DNA of 64,000 nt from a virus (taxonomy: Duplodnaviria; Heunggongvirae; Uroviricota; Caudoviricetes), in the IMG/VR virus record IMGVR_UViG_3300027766_000002; one strand, written 5' to 3'. The translations under genes and the position numbers were made by a program. Numbering within the stretch: the stretch's first letter is position 1; each line of letters starts with the position of its first letter. Of the stretch, positions 18,284 through 27,934 are shown one piece after another. Under the pieces are notes generated by a model. The model made no database searches. It was not told the DNA's origin and saw nothing but the letters and a program-made list of their open reading frames with translations.

Positions 18284-20578
18284 ATGAAAAATAAACAAAA
18301 AATTAGAAAAGAGGTTCTGACATTTCGCGAAAGTGTACGTAAAGTCGTTGTCATGCTTTCTGGTAAAGATATTCCTGTGGCGGAGCGTGGTAGCCGTGCA
18401 TACGTCGAATATAACAAGGATGGTAAGCCATGCATGGTAAATCTTCCTTCACTGCCAGATGATGCGACTGATGGCCTCATGAACGCGATCCGTGGCTTCC
18501 TTGACCACGAAGTCGCTCACCTCCTTTTCACCGACTCGAAACTGGCATTTAAGCTGCTCGATAAGAAAGACAGCCCAGCTTTTCACCTCTGGAATGCCGT
18601 AGAAGATACCTTCATTGAACGACGTATGGGTGAAGTTTTCTCTGGATCTAAACGCAACCTTGTCAATACGCAACGTCATGTAATTGAAAAACTTTTCGTT
18701 CCGAAAGTGGATGATGCACTAAAGGCTTTATCTCGTAACCCGCGAGAACTCTTTCTTAAGTTCCTGTTAATGCCAGCTTTACGCGCCTGGGCAGGACAAA
18801 CGCCTTTTGTTGAGTTCATGGAGCCGTATTGGGCTTATGTTCGCGATCCTGTATCAAAACTAGATAAAGCTGGTGTGCCGGCTGCTGTGCCAATGTTGAT
18901 GAGCACCGAAGACTGCATCAAGCTGGCAGGCCGAATTTCACTGGCTTTAAAGGAAGAAATGGAGAAACCGGAAGGTAAATCTGGCCATGGTGATTCGGAA
19001 GAAAATGATAAGGAAAATGATTCGCCTGATGATGTAGGTAGTGAACAACCTACTAAATCAAATGATGAATCTAATAGTGATAAGCCTGGTAGTGTCGATG
19101 AGACGCAGGAGGAAGAAGAGCCTGCTCCTGTAATTAATAGTAATGAAGATAATATAAAAGATAAGGAAGACGGCTCTGAATCAGTTCCCGACTCCAGCAA
19201 CGCTAATGACTCCCAGCCTGAAGATGGTGACGCTCACGAAGATGACGCCCCAGCAAAATCAGGTGATGGTGATGATATACCAGAAGGTGAAGAAGAATCT
19301 GAGCAGTCTGAGGGGTTTGGTGGTTTCGAGAGCGACTCGGACGACAATGATCCAGATAATGAGCAGCCTGAAAGTGGTTCGGGCGGTGCAGACGATACTG
19401 GTTCAGCGGCCAACTCAGATGACCAGCAAAGCACACCAGGTGATCTAGAAAGTGATGGTCGTCAGGAAGCCACCCAGGGCGATCTAAACGAAGAAGATGG
19501 CGGTACTGATGACATTCCATTGGACGCAGCGTTTAAGGCGCTGGAAGGCACTGAGGTGGCTCCAGAGCAGGGCATGGAGGAAGCGCTCAACGAGGTAATG
19601 GCCAACGAGCTGATAGGTGTGCCAAAAGGCTCATATCGCCCATATCAACGCTCATATGACTTTATTGGCCCGATTGATGATGTCGAGAACCATCTCCGCA
19701 AAACTCATAAAGCTTTTGGCCGCATCCATCTTAACCGTGGTTTAAAGAACTGGCGTATCGACGACGAAGGCACCAGTTTATTTGCCTCGAATGTCGAGCG
19801 TCGTCTCGCTGATGGATCGGCCTCAACACTGGCCAAAGACCTTGAACGTGCCATTGCGAGTCGTAACAAAGTCCAGTTCGTACCTGGTCAACGTCGTGGA
19901 AAAGTGCATAGCGCCAATTTGTACCGACTGTCTATGAACGATGACCGCGTATTCCGTCGCAAGGAAGACCATAAGGCAGTAAACGCTTGTGTGCAGCAGG
20001 TTATCGACTTGTCTGGCTCGATGCAGGGTTCGAAAATTTGCCTTGCACTGGCCTGCGCCTACACAATTTCTGACGCGCTCGATCGCATAAATGTTCCGAA
20101 CATCATTACCGGGTTTACAACTGCAGGCTGTGACATCGATGCAGCAAGGAAGATGGGTCGCGGCTACAACCGCTATGAATCATTGATGCTCCCCACTATC
20201 AAGGGTTGGCACGAACGAGCAAACACGCCCACCACACGCAAACGCTTAGGCTGCTTGTCAGAGAGATTCCCCCTTGAAGACAACATAGATGGTGAATCAA
20301 TTATGGCTTTAGCTCAGCACTTTGCTGGCCGCATTGAGGATAAGAAAATCATGCTTGTCATGAGTGACGGTGCACCAGCTGGAATCGGTCATGACTTCAG
20401 CGACCATCTTAAAGCTGTGGCGGAGTCAATTGAAGGCAGTGGTCTTATTGAACTAATGGGTATCGGCATTCTTACGGATGCTCCCAGCCGGTTCTACAAG
20501 AACCACGTTGAAGTCAAAAAGGTGGAAGACCTGGGTGCCACTGTCGTGAGGAAATTGTCTCAATTGATACTTGGCTAA
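18284..20578 (+). CDS. cobT: vWA-domain protein with a long acidic low-complexity linker (CobT-like)
   Basis: Start at the GGAAAAGCACATG motif. The C-terminal von Willebrand A domain carries a MIDAS motif VIDLSGSMQGS. The central ~170 aa is D/E/S-rich. It pairs with the downstream AAA+ ATPase. Confidence 0.55.
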   Translation: MKNKQKIRKEVLTFRESVRKVVVMLSGKDIPVAERGSRAYVEYNKDGKPCMVNLPSLPDDATDGLMNAIRGFLDHEVAHLLFTDSKLAFKLLDKKDSPAFHLWNAVEDTFIERRMGEVFSGSKRNLVNTQRHVIEKLFVPKVDDALKALSRNPRELFLKFLLMPALRAWAGQTPFVEFMEPYWAYVRDPVSKLDKAGVPAAVPMLMSTEDCIKLAGRISLALKEEMEKPEGKSGHGDSEENDKENDSPDDVGSEQPTKSNDESNSDKPGSVDETQEEEEPAPVINSNEDNIKDKEDGSESVPDSSNANDSQPEDGDAHEDDAPAKSGDGDDIPEGEEESEQSEGFGGFESDSDDNDPDNEQPESGSGGADDTGSAANSDDQQSTPGDLESDGRQEATQGDLNEEDGGTDDIPLDAAFKALEGTEVAPEQGMEEALNEVMANELIGVPKGSYRPYQRSYDFIGPIDDVENHLRKTHKAFGRIHLNRGLKNWRIDDEGTSLFASNVERRLADGSASTLAKDLERAIASRNKVQFVPGQRRGKVHSANLYRLSMNDDRVFRRKEDHKAVNACVQQVIDLSGSMQGSKICLALACAYTISDALDRINVPNIITGFTTAGCDIDAARKMGRGYNRYESLMLPTIKGWHERANTPTTRKRLGCLSERFPLEDNIDGESIMALAQHFAGRIEDKKIMLVMSDGAPAGIGHDFSDHLKAVAESIEGSGLIELMGIGILTDAPSRFYKNHVEVKKVEDLGATVVRKLSQLILG

Positions 20579-20675
20579 GTCGTGCCGATAAAGATAAGTA
20601 GGCAACTACTTATCTTTTTATCTTAAAATTATTACTATAAGCACCAGATAAACAAAAACGAGAAAGGAAAAGCAC

Positions 20676-21905
20676 ATGAGCGCCGTCCAAGTCCAAGACC
20701 ATGACACCCCAGCGAAGGAAACCATTACCTGCCATTGGTGTTCTTGCGAGTTCCACCACCTTAAATCGCATCTGCAGGGCAAATGCACCGGCATTCCTGA
20801 AGAGCATAAGAGCAGTACCGTTGAAGACATCATCGCGGCATACACCACTCAGTTCCCCGATGCGCCAACGATTTCACCTTTGGCCATTAAGACAATTCAG
20901 ACTCGTAAGCAGGAAATTCAAGCTGCTGAGAGCAAAGCACCGACCGTTAAGGTTGGCTACATCGGCACTGAGGAATACAAGGTGGAGATGGTGGCCGCAC
21001 ACGAGCTGCTTGGAGTAGATCTGAAAAGCCTATCCACCGCGCTAAACCAGCCCCTCAAGGTATCAGTGAACGTGAACACGCCATTCCCAGAGTTTGTACC
21101 AGTGGCCAAAGACAACTACGTATACGGTGACTTTGAGCTTATCAAAGATGTGCTGATGATGATGGAGCTGGGCATTCCAGGCTATCTGTGGGGTCATGCT
21201 GGCACTGGCAAAACCTCTCTCCCAACTCAGCTTTGCGCCCTGATGAATCGACCGGTCATCCGCTCTCAGCACACCGCTTCGACGGAAGAGGCGCATATCT
21301 CCGGGCAGATTCTGGCACGAGACGGTTCAACTTATTTCGAGCCTGGCTTGTTGGCACTGGCAATGCGTCACGGCTGGGTATATCTGGCAGATGAATACGA
21401 CTTTGCATTCCCTCAAATTTTGGGCATCTACCAGCCAGTGCTGGAGGGTGAAGGTCTTGTCATCAAAGAAGCTACCCCAGAGTGGCGCCGCGTTGCACCG
21501 CACAAACGTTTTGCTTTCATCGCCACCGGCAACACAAACGGATCTGGAGACGAAACAGGACTGTATCAGGGTACAAACCTGCAGAACGCCGCCAACTTCT
21601 CTCGCTTTGGAATTGTCTCGAAAGTTCATTACATGAGCCAGCGCGCCGAAACCAACATGCTGGTCAAAGCAGGCGCTACAGATGATTTCGCTCAGAAGCT
21701 GGTGCGCTTCGCAACCCTCATTCGTGAAGGCTACGAAACAAGCGTGATCTCACAACCAATTGGGCCGCGAGAGCTGCTGCTGTCTCTTCAGGTTGGTATT
21801 CGCCGCGGTGACATTCCAGCTGGTCTGCAACGCGCATTCATCAACAAACTCCCTTCAGCGTCTGCCCAGGCAGCGCGCGAGATTGCGGATCGCATTTTCG
21901 TATGA
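20676..21905 (+). CDS. cobS: AAA+ ATPase of the MoxR/CbbQ/CobS family
   Basis: Walker A GHAGTGKTS and Walker B VYLADEYDF. Preceded by AAAGGAAAAGCACATG. Confidence 0.6.
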   Translation: MSAVQVQDHDTPAKETITCHWCSCEFHHLKSHLQGKCTGIPEEHKSSTVEDIIAAYTTQFPDAPTISPLAIKTIQTRKQEIQAAESKAPTVKVGYIGTEEYKVEMVAAHELLGVDLKSLSTALNQPLKVSVNVNTPFPEFVPVAKDNYVYGDFELIKDVLMMMELGIPGYLWGHAGTGKTSLPTQLCALMNRPVIRSQHTASTEEAHISGQILARDGSTYFEPGLLALAMRHGWVYLADEYDFAFPQILGIYQPVLEGEGLVIKEATPEWRRVAPHKRFAFIATGNTNGSGDETGLYQGTNLQNAANFSRFGIVSKVHYMSQRAETNMLVKAGATDDFAQKLVRFATLIREGYETSVISQPIGPRELLLSLQVGIRRGDIPAGLQRAFINKLPSASAQAAREIADRIFV

Positions 21906-22105
21906 GCAAAGGCTGCTTTGGTTCACTGATAGCAGCCTCTGAAACTAATCCCGTTTGCATGGCATGTTCCAGCAAGCGGGATTGCTTTGTTAAGGCACAA
22001 GAGACCGCTATCAAGATTTACGGGAAGTTCGCTGGCTTCCCAAACGACAAAATAAAAAAGACAAGTAAGGCAAAAGCACATGAAAGCATTAATGGTACGA
22101 ACTGA
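21902..22105 (+). CDS. Hypothetical small Cys-containing protein
   Basis: ATGA overlap with cobS. 67 aa. Confidence 0.3.
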   Translation: MSKGCFGSLIAASETNPVCMACSSKRDCFVKAQETAIKIYGKFAGFPNDKIKKTSKAKAHESINGTN

Positions 22106-24437
22106 CTTCTCCCTGGGTGAGTCGTCTTTGAAGGCAGAGCGCGCCGTAGAGAAAGCCCGCGAAATGGGTTACTCGTCGGTGATCTCCGCTGACAGCATGA
22201 ATCTGGCATCCGTAATCCCCTTGCAGATGGCGGCTGGTGACGATGTTGCGGTCATTTGTGGTGTGAAGCTTAACCTGGTTGACGATCCTACATACGAGCA
22301 CCGCGCTCGACTTGCGAAGGAGTCTAAAGGATGTATGGAATCATTAACGCGCGCGCGTAACTACAGCTTCACGGCGCTAATCAAGAACGAGCAGGGCTAT
22401 GTCGATCTCTGCGAACTGATGACGCTGGCAAACACACGCGAGCAGTTTTATCACGTTCCCCGTCTTGAGCTGGCGCAGCTGCTGGCTACGTTCGCCAAAG
22501 GCAACATCATCCTGCTGACCTCGGACATGGGAAGCGTATTCCAGCGCCCGGACTTCGCGAAGATTATCGCCCAGCTGGTTCACGCTGGCGGCCGTGAGAA
22601 CTTTTACTGCGCCGTTTATCCGATTGCTACCCCCCTCTATGACCAGCTGAATAGCAAATCGCTCAAGGTGGCCAGTGCTCTTAAGATCGAGCCGGTGGCG
22701 TTCTACCCTGCTTACTACGAGGCTCCCACTGACGCTGACATCAAAGACATCGCGCATATGGTGCTGAACAACATCAAAATAGACCAGCTGCACCGTATGC
22801 GAATCCCGTATCAACGTGACAATGGCGTTAATGATCGCCGCCACTTACTCCAGCTATTGAAGGAGTTTGCGGTGCGGATGGGTGTCAACGTCACGCCAGC
22901 AATGGTCTCAACAACTCAGGACGCGATCATTGATGCGTGTACATGGCGCTGGCACCCGCTGGAGCCCGCTTTACCAACCATGGCAGATGATGAGCCAGCC
23001 ACATTGCGTAAACTCGCTGTAGAGGGGCTGAGGAAGCGTCTTAGCACCAAAGAGTTCGGCTATGCGCCACCAGCCACAATGCACCGTGATTATGTTGAGC
23101 GTCTGAAGTACGAACTTGATGTTTTAACCCGCCTTGGCTTCTGCGGCTACTTCCTCATGGTTCACGACCTGATGAATTACGCTCGCGGCGCCGGGATTCC
23201 TGTTGGGCCTGGTCGCGGTTCATCCGCTGGCTCTCTTGTCGCCTGGTGCGTGGGGATCACAAACGTAGACCCTATTCGCCATGGATTGCTGTTCGAACGT
23301 TTCATTAACCCTGAACGTCTCGACTTGCCCGATGCTGATCTGGACTTTAGCCAGGCACGTCGCCACGAGGTCATTGAGTACCTGGGTGAGCGTTACGGGG
23401 AGGATTACGTCGCTGGCATTCCCAACTTCACATACCTCGGTGCAGCTTCAGCACTGCGCGACACCGCACGTATCTTTGGCGTGGATTCAGCGGATATGGC
23501 GGTATCGAAAGACCTGCGCTTTGTCGATGACGATTCACTGTCACTCGAAGAGATGCGCGAAGAGCTTTCCAGCCTGGACAAATACGCAGCCAAATACCCG
23601 GACGCATTTAACGCGGCCACTAAACTGCAAAGTCTCATGCGCGGATTCGGCCGCCACGCAGCAGGCATGATCGTAGCCGGTGTGAAGCTGACGGAGCGCA
23701 CACCGGTAGAGCGACGCGGGGATGCGCGTGTAATCGCTTTTGACAAGCGTTACTGCGAATCCATGGGATTGATTAAGTTGGACGTGCTCGGCCTCGCTAC
23801 GCTCGATTTGCTGGCTTATGCGCAGGAATACGTGAAAGAAGCCACGGGCAGCGTGATTGATCTCGATGCAATTCCACTAACTGACAAAAAGGTTCTTGAT
23901 GGCTTTGCCGGTGGCCACACCCAGGGCGTGTTCCAGCTTGAATCAGGTTCGATGCGTAAGCTGCTAAAGGATCTGGGCGGCGGCATTGATCCGATGAGCT
24001 TTGAAACAGTTGTCGCCACGACAGCATTATTCCGACCTGGCCCGATCGAATCTGGAATGTTGGACAGCTACGTTTCGGTGGCCAAAGGCTTCAAAGAGGC
24101 TGATTCCATCCACCAGGTGCTCGATGAGCTTACCTCTGAGACCAATGGGGTAATTCTCTATCAGGAACAAACCATGAAGGCCACGCAGCTGCTGGCCGGC
24201 TTCACGCTCGCGGAAGCTGATGGCGTCCGTAAAGCGATCGGTAAAAAAGACATGGAGAAGATGAAGAAGGTCGGTAACCAGTTTATCGAGCAAGCCCAGG
24301 CTGGCTGGATAGAGGTGAAGTTGGAAGACGGAACCAATCGCCAGTTCCACCGCGCGGAGCACTTCAAATGTGCCGATGGCAAGCTGCGAACCATCGAAGA
24401 AGCAATGCACGATGGCGCCGAAGTTCTGGGTATCTAA
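22080..24437 (+). CDS. dnaE: DNA polymerase III alpha subunit (DnaE), N-terminal about 785 aa (PHP, palm, thumb, most of the fingers)
   Basis: GFCGYFLMVHDLMNYARGAGIPVGPGRGSSAGSLVAW…LLFERFINPERLDLPDADLDF matches the E. coli DnaE catalytic core. It ends at an in-frame TAA, 24 codons before the next in-frame dnaE ORF. Confidence 0.85.
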   Translation: MKALMVRTDFSLGESSLKAERAVEKAREMGYSSVISADSMNLASVIPLQMAAGDDVAVICGVKLNLVDDPTYEHRARLAKESKGCMESLTRARNYSFTALIKNEQGYVDLCELMTLANTREQFYHVPRLELAQLLATFAKGNIILLTSDMGSVFQRPDFAKIIAQLVHAGGRENFYCAVYPIATPLYDQLNSKSLKVASALKIEPVAFYPAYYEAPTDADIKDIAHMVLNNIKIDQLHRMRIPYQRDNGVNDRRHLLQLLKEFAVRMGVNVTPAMVSTTQDAIIDACTWRWHPLEPALPTMADDEPATLRKLAVEGLRKRLSTKEFGYAPPATMHRDYVERLKYELDVLTRLGFCGYFLMVHDLMNYARGAGIPVGPGRGSSAGSLVAWCVGITNVDPIRHGLLFERFINPERLDLPDADLDFSQARRHEVIEYLGERYGEDYVAGIPNFTYLGAASALRDTARIFGVDSADMAVSKDLRFVDDDSLSLEEMREELSSLDKYAAKYPDAFNAATKLQSLMRGFGRHAAGMIVAGVKLTERTPVERRGDARVIAFDKRYCESMGLIKLDVLGLATLDLLAYAQEYVKEATGSVIDLDAIPLTDKKVLDGFAGGHTQGVFQLESGSMRKLLKDLGGGIDPMSFETVVATTALFRPGPIESGMLDSYVSVAKGFKEADSIHQVLDELTSETNGVILYQEQTMKATQLLAGFTLAEADGVRKAIGKKDMEKMKKVGNQFIEQAQAGWIEVKLEDGTNRQFHRAEHFKCADGKLRTIEEAMHDGAEVLGI

Positions 24438-24509
24438 CCGTTTAACGCAGCTTGGATGCCGTATCTGAGCTGCGAAAATTAATACATGGATTGTGATTAA
24501 GAGGCACCA

Positions 24510-25679
24510 ATGAAAGTTTTAGAGACGATTTCCACGAAGCCCGGACTAAGTGATAGCAAAGCAAAAGAGATCTGGGAAGCGTTTGAAAAAAACGGGGCGT
24601 ACCAGTTCAACAAATCTCACTCAGTGGCTTACTCGCTGATTAGCTATCAGTCGATGTTCATGAAAACGCACTACCCTGCCCAATTCTTCGCAGCAGCGCT
24701 GACTATTTTGGGTGATGACAAGCATCAGGGGCTGGTCAAGGACGCGCTGAGCTTTGGCATTCGCATCTTGCCACCAGATGTAAACATCTCAACCAACCGC
24801 ATTGAGATCCGTCAGATGGAAGATGGTACGCAAGTGCTGTATGCGCCCTTCTCAGCTGTTAAAGGATGCTCAGAGAATGGATGCCAGGCAATCATGCGCG
24901 CCCGGGCGAAAGTGGGAGGCCATTTCACAGACATCATGCAGTTTGAAGAGGCGGTTGAGAAGCGCGCCTGCAACAGCCGTGTACGTGACTCTCTCGATCG
25001 TGTCGGTGCATTTGCCAGCATCATTCCCGGCAGCGTACCAGCTACCTCAGAAGAACGACGCCGCGACCAGGCGGAGCTGATGGGTAATCTGGTGATCGAT
25101 GCGGTAAAAGCGACACGCCAGTTTGAAATGAACCCGAAACGCCAGGCTGAAGTAAACGTGCTGATGACGAATATGGCCGCTGAAATGGGGCTGGGTGATG
25201 AGCTTATCCGTCCGAGCATCGGCATCAAACCACGCTTGATGATCATCCTCGACAACGCCAACGGTAACGATGGCAAAACCGGATACTTCATGGAGAACGG
25301 TTATGACGACTTCAAGGCGAAGTTGCTGGTTGCCGGCGATCTTAAAATGGGCGATTTGTACATTACCGGCGTTTGCAAGAAGGTGAAGGACAAAGAAAAG
25401 GACTACACCAAAGACGAGTTAGGCCAGTTTAACGAGTTCATCAAAGCAGAGGTAGCTTTGGTACGACCAACGTACATTCTTACTTGCGGCGCCAAGTCCA
25501 CCAGCCTGTTTAACAACAAATCGAAGCCATCAGATCTTGTTGGCCGCAAAGAGTATCTGCCGGAGTTGGATGTCACGGTATTCTATGGCTTTAATCCCAA
25601 CATTCTCCACTTCCGCCCAGAAGAAGGCGAAAAGCTGGAGTTGATCCTCGCTGACGTTGCCGAGGCAGTAAATTCGTGA
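24510..25679 (+). CDS. dnaE: DNA polymerase III alpha subunit (DnaE), C-terminal about 389 aa, separately initiated
   Basis: …FEKNGAYQFNKSHSVAYSLISYQSMFMKTHYPAQFFAAAL matches E. coli DnaE around residue 870. It has its own AAGAGG Shine-Dalgarno 5 nt before the ATG. It is in the same frame as the upstream ORF. Confidence 0.8.
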   Translation: MKVLETISTKPGLSDSKAKEIWEAFEKNGAYQFNKSHSVAYSLISYQSMFMKTHYPAQFFAAALTILGDDKHQGLVKDALSFGIRILPPDVNISTNRIEIRQMEDGTQVLYAPFSAVKGCSENGCQAIMRARAKVGGHFTDIMQFEEAVEKRACNSRVRDSLDRVGAFASIIPGSVPATSEERRRDQAELMGNLVIDAVKATRQFEMNPKRQAEVNVLMTNMAAEMGLGDELIRPSIGIKPRLMIILDNANGNDGKTGYFMENGYDDFKAKLLVAGDLKMGDLYITGVCKKVKDKEKDYTKDELGQFNEFIKAEVALVRPTYILTCGAKSTSLFNNKSKPSDLVGRKEYLPELDVTVFYGFNPNILHFRPEEGEKLELILADVAEAVNS

Positions 25680-25936
25680 GCAAGCCTCACATCCTCTATA
25701 GGGCAGACTTGCGCTGCCCCAATTGCAAATCAGCGCCTGAAGTCATTCGAATGACGGATGAGAATACCGAGCAATTTTGGTGGGAAGAGAACGGCACGAC
25801 ATATCCCGTTTTATTGCGCCATACAGAGCTGGCAGCACGTCATTGCCCATTCAGGACTGAGATCTACCATCTGACTCTCCCGCTGGCTATTGGCGTTTGG
25901 AAAGAAGAAATTAAAAATAGGAAGCAACGAAAATGA
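25676..25936 (+). CDS. Hypothetical zinc-ribbon protein
   Basis: GTGA overlap with the dnaE stop. CPNC…C motif. 86 aa. Confidence 0.4.
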   Translation: MSKPHILYRADLRCPNCKSAPEVIRMTDENTEQFWWEENGTTYPVLLRHTELAARHCPFRTEIYHLTLPLAIGVWKEEIKNRKQRK

Positions 25937-26313
25937 CTATCGAATTGGCACCGGCGATGATTGAGAAAGCGCGCGAAGCAATTACCCGTTCTAACTTTTG
26001 GGAGTTTATCGACCGCACCATGACGCTTGAGCTGGCCGTGGCCAGCGCCAAATACGACGGCGAACGCGCTCCTAATCGTCTTCGCAAGGCGGCTAAGGCA
26101 ATGCTCAACGTCATTTACGATCCTCTTATGCGTCGATTCGTTGACGGTATCAGTAGTTCGAGCAAGGCGCTGGAAAAGCTGGATGAGCTAAAGGCATACC
26201 GAGACAGCCTGGTGACAAAGGTGGCCAACGAGTTCACCGAGGCGGAAAAGTTTGGTGACGTTGGTGAGTACCGCCGCCATCGAGCCGAGCGCATGATGCA
26301 GAACGCGGCATAG
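25933..26313 (+). CDS. Hypothetical protein
   Basis: ATGA overlap with the upstream gene. 126 aa. Confidence 0.45.
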   Translation: MTIELAPAMIEKAREAITRSNFWEFIDRTMTLELAVASAKYDGERAPNRLRKAAKAMLNVIYDPLMRRFVDGISSSSKALEKLDELKAYRDSLVTKVANEFTEAEKFGDVGEYRRHRAERMMQNAA

Positions 26314-26403
26314 ACGTTGACAGTGACACTTGACCTATTTGTATGCAATATTTGCGATGTCTAAACAAATCTTCAGTAAAGTTTCAGCTAAAAGGGAATG
26401 TAA

Positions 26404-26670
26404 ATGGCGAGTAATTTTGAACGAGTGGAAATTAGCACTTCAGAAAGTGGCAATGTTATCGTGCAGATCTTTGATTACCCAACGAAAGATAAGGGTTGGA
26501 GACGTCTATCTGGCAGAGGTTCCCATGACCGTATTAACTTACCACCTGGTGACTATTCAGAAGCAGAAATTATGGAAGTAATCAAAGAGCATTACGAAGA
26601 AACGAATAAACCATTGCCTGATTTTGATGAGGTTTACGATCACCGAAATGATACGGACGATGAAGAGTAG
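26404..26670 (+). CDS. Hypothetical acidic protein
   Basis: 88 aa ORF. Confidence 0.4.
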   Translation: MASNFERVEISTSESGNVIVQIFDYPTKDKGWRRLSGRGSHDRINLPPGDYSEAEIMEVIKEHYEETNKPLPDFDEVYDHRNDTDDEE

Positions 26671-26677
26671 TTAAGTT

Positions 26678-26710
26678 AAAACCCGCCATTGGGCGGGTTT
26701 CTGTTATTTG
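26678..26710. terminator. Bidirectional terminator
   Basis: cccgccattgggcggg hairpin between convergent genes. Confidence 0.5.
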
Positions 26711-27177
26711 TTAAATGCTCGCTTAAGGTTCGCCACTGTTGCAGGGTGCATAATGGCGTAGTTATCCTCTTTTTCATCATCCCATTCCCAATGGAACAAT
26801 TCAGCGGTCTTATCGTCGGTAACCCCTCGTGTACGACGTGTCAGCCCTGACCAAACGCCCTTAATGTCGTCCAGGTCATACCCTGCGTTTGCCGCCAGGT
26901 CAGTAGAGTAAACACCTTGAGCATCATGCTCTGAAAATTGATCACTCAGCTCAATGAAACTCAGTAGCACGTTGCGGCTTTTCTCACTAAGTCCTTTGAT
27001 AAGGCGACTGGCTTGGGACGAAGAAAGGTCTACTGCAACTCCTGACGAGAAGCCATCTTCCAATACAGCGTCCATCACCTCCCGCTTAACACCACGGACA
27101 CATAACTGGATGATTTCGTATTGGGTTGGCTCAGACAACTCTTTCAATTGCTCAGCAGAAATAAACAGGCCACTCAT
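26704..27177 (-). CDS. Hypothetical protein (minus strand)
   Basis: 157 aa ORF on the opposite strand to its neighbours. Confidence 0.45.
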   Translation of the reverse strand: MSGLFISAEQLKELSEPTQYEIIQLCVRGVKREVMDAVLEDGFSSGVAVDLSSSQASRLIKGLSEKSRNVLLSFIELSDQFSEHDAQGVYSTDLAANAGYDLDDIKGVWSGLTRRTRGVTDDKTAELFHWEWDDEKEDNYAIMHPATVANLKRAFNK

Positions 27178-27369
27178 AAAGCTTTCCTTGGGTTAATGTG
27201 TGTCAACGACCGAAACTCTACACAAGGTTAATACAGATAAGCAAGACAATTCTTTTCTTCAATCTTGCTGTTAAGGATCTTTAATTTAGAGAGTTTCAAT
27301 AAGAGCCTCAGCTGTAAATTTAAGTCTTAGGAACTTTGTGTGTTAGAATCAAATACCAAAAATAACTAA

Positions 27370-27813
27370 ATGACTATTACGCACATGAACAATATCCTTG
27401 ATCAAATTATCATCGACCTTGAGTTTAATCGCGATGACCTTGAGGCGGTCTGGCAACGACAACCAGTGCTACTCATGCAGTACGGTGCAAGACTGGCGCA
27501 AGCTGAAAGACAAGTGGCTGATGCTAAGCGCGGCCTCGATGCTATTGAGGCCAAACTTTATGACTCGCACCGTAAAGACTTGAGTATGAACGGCATCAAG
27601 TTCAACGAATCAATCCTCGATGCCAAGGTAAAGACCAGCGTCAGCTACCTATCTCATCGACAAAAGCTGGATGACGCTCGTTACCTGGCTGACATGTACA
27701 AACATGCCGTTGCGGCCTTCAACCACCGAAAAGACATGATCGTGCAGGCATCTAAGCTCGCCATTATTGAAATCGAACGCATGGATGCCGAACGTTTTAA
27801 TCGTTCCTCCTGA
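27370..27813 (+). CDS. Hypothetical alpha-helical protein
   Basis: 147 aa ORF. Confidence 0.45.
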   Translation: MTITHMNNILDQIIIDLEFNRDDLEAVWQRQPVLLMQYGARLAQAERQVADAKRGLDAIEAKLYDSHRKDLSMNGIKFNESILDAKVKTSVSYLSHRQKLDDARYLADMYKHAVAAFNHRKDMIVQASKLAIIEIERMDAERFNRSS

Positions 27814-27934
27814 TACCCTATTTTTATATCTGGATTATAGCTAGTTAACTAGCTATTATGCACTTGCTCGTTAGCGAGTCACGACTGCCCAAAGTGCAAC
27901 GCACCCTCGGCCAAAAACAATAATGGAGAAACAC

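Noticed and set aside
24438-24509. Group I/II intron or intact intein within dnaE
   Set aside because: The intervening segment is only 72 nt with three in-frame stops. This is too short for a self-splicing intron and not an open intein frame. It is reported instead as a split gene or remnant insertion.
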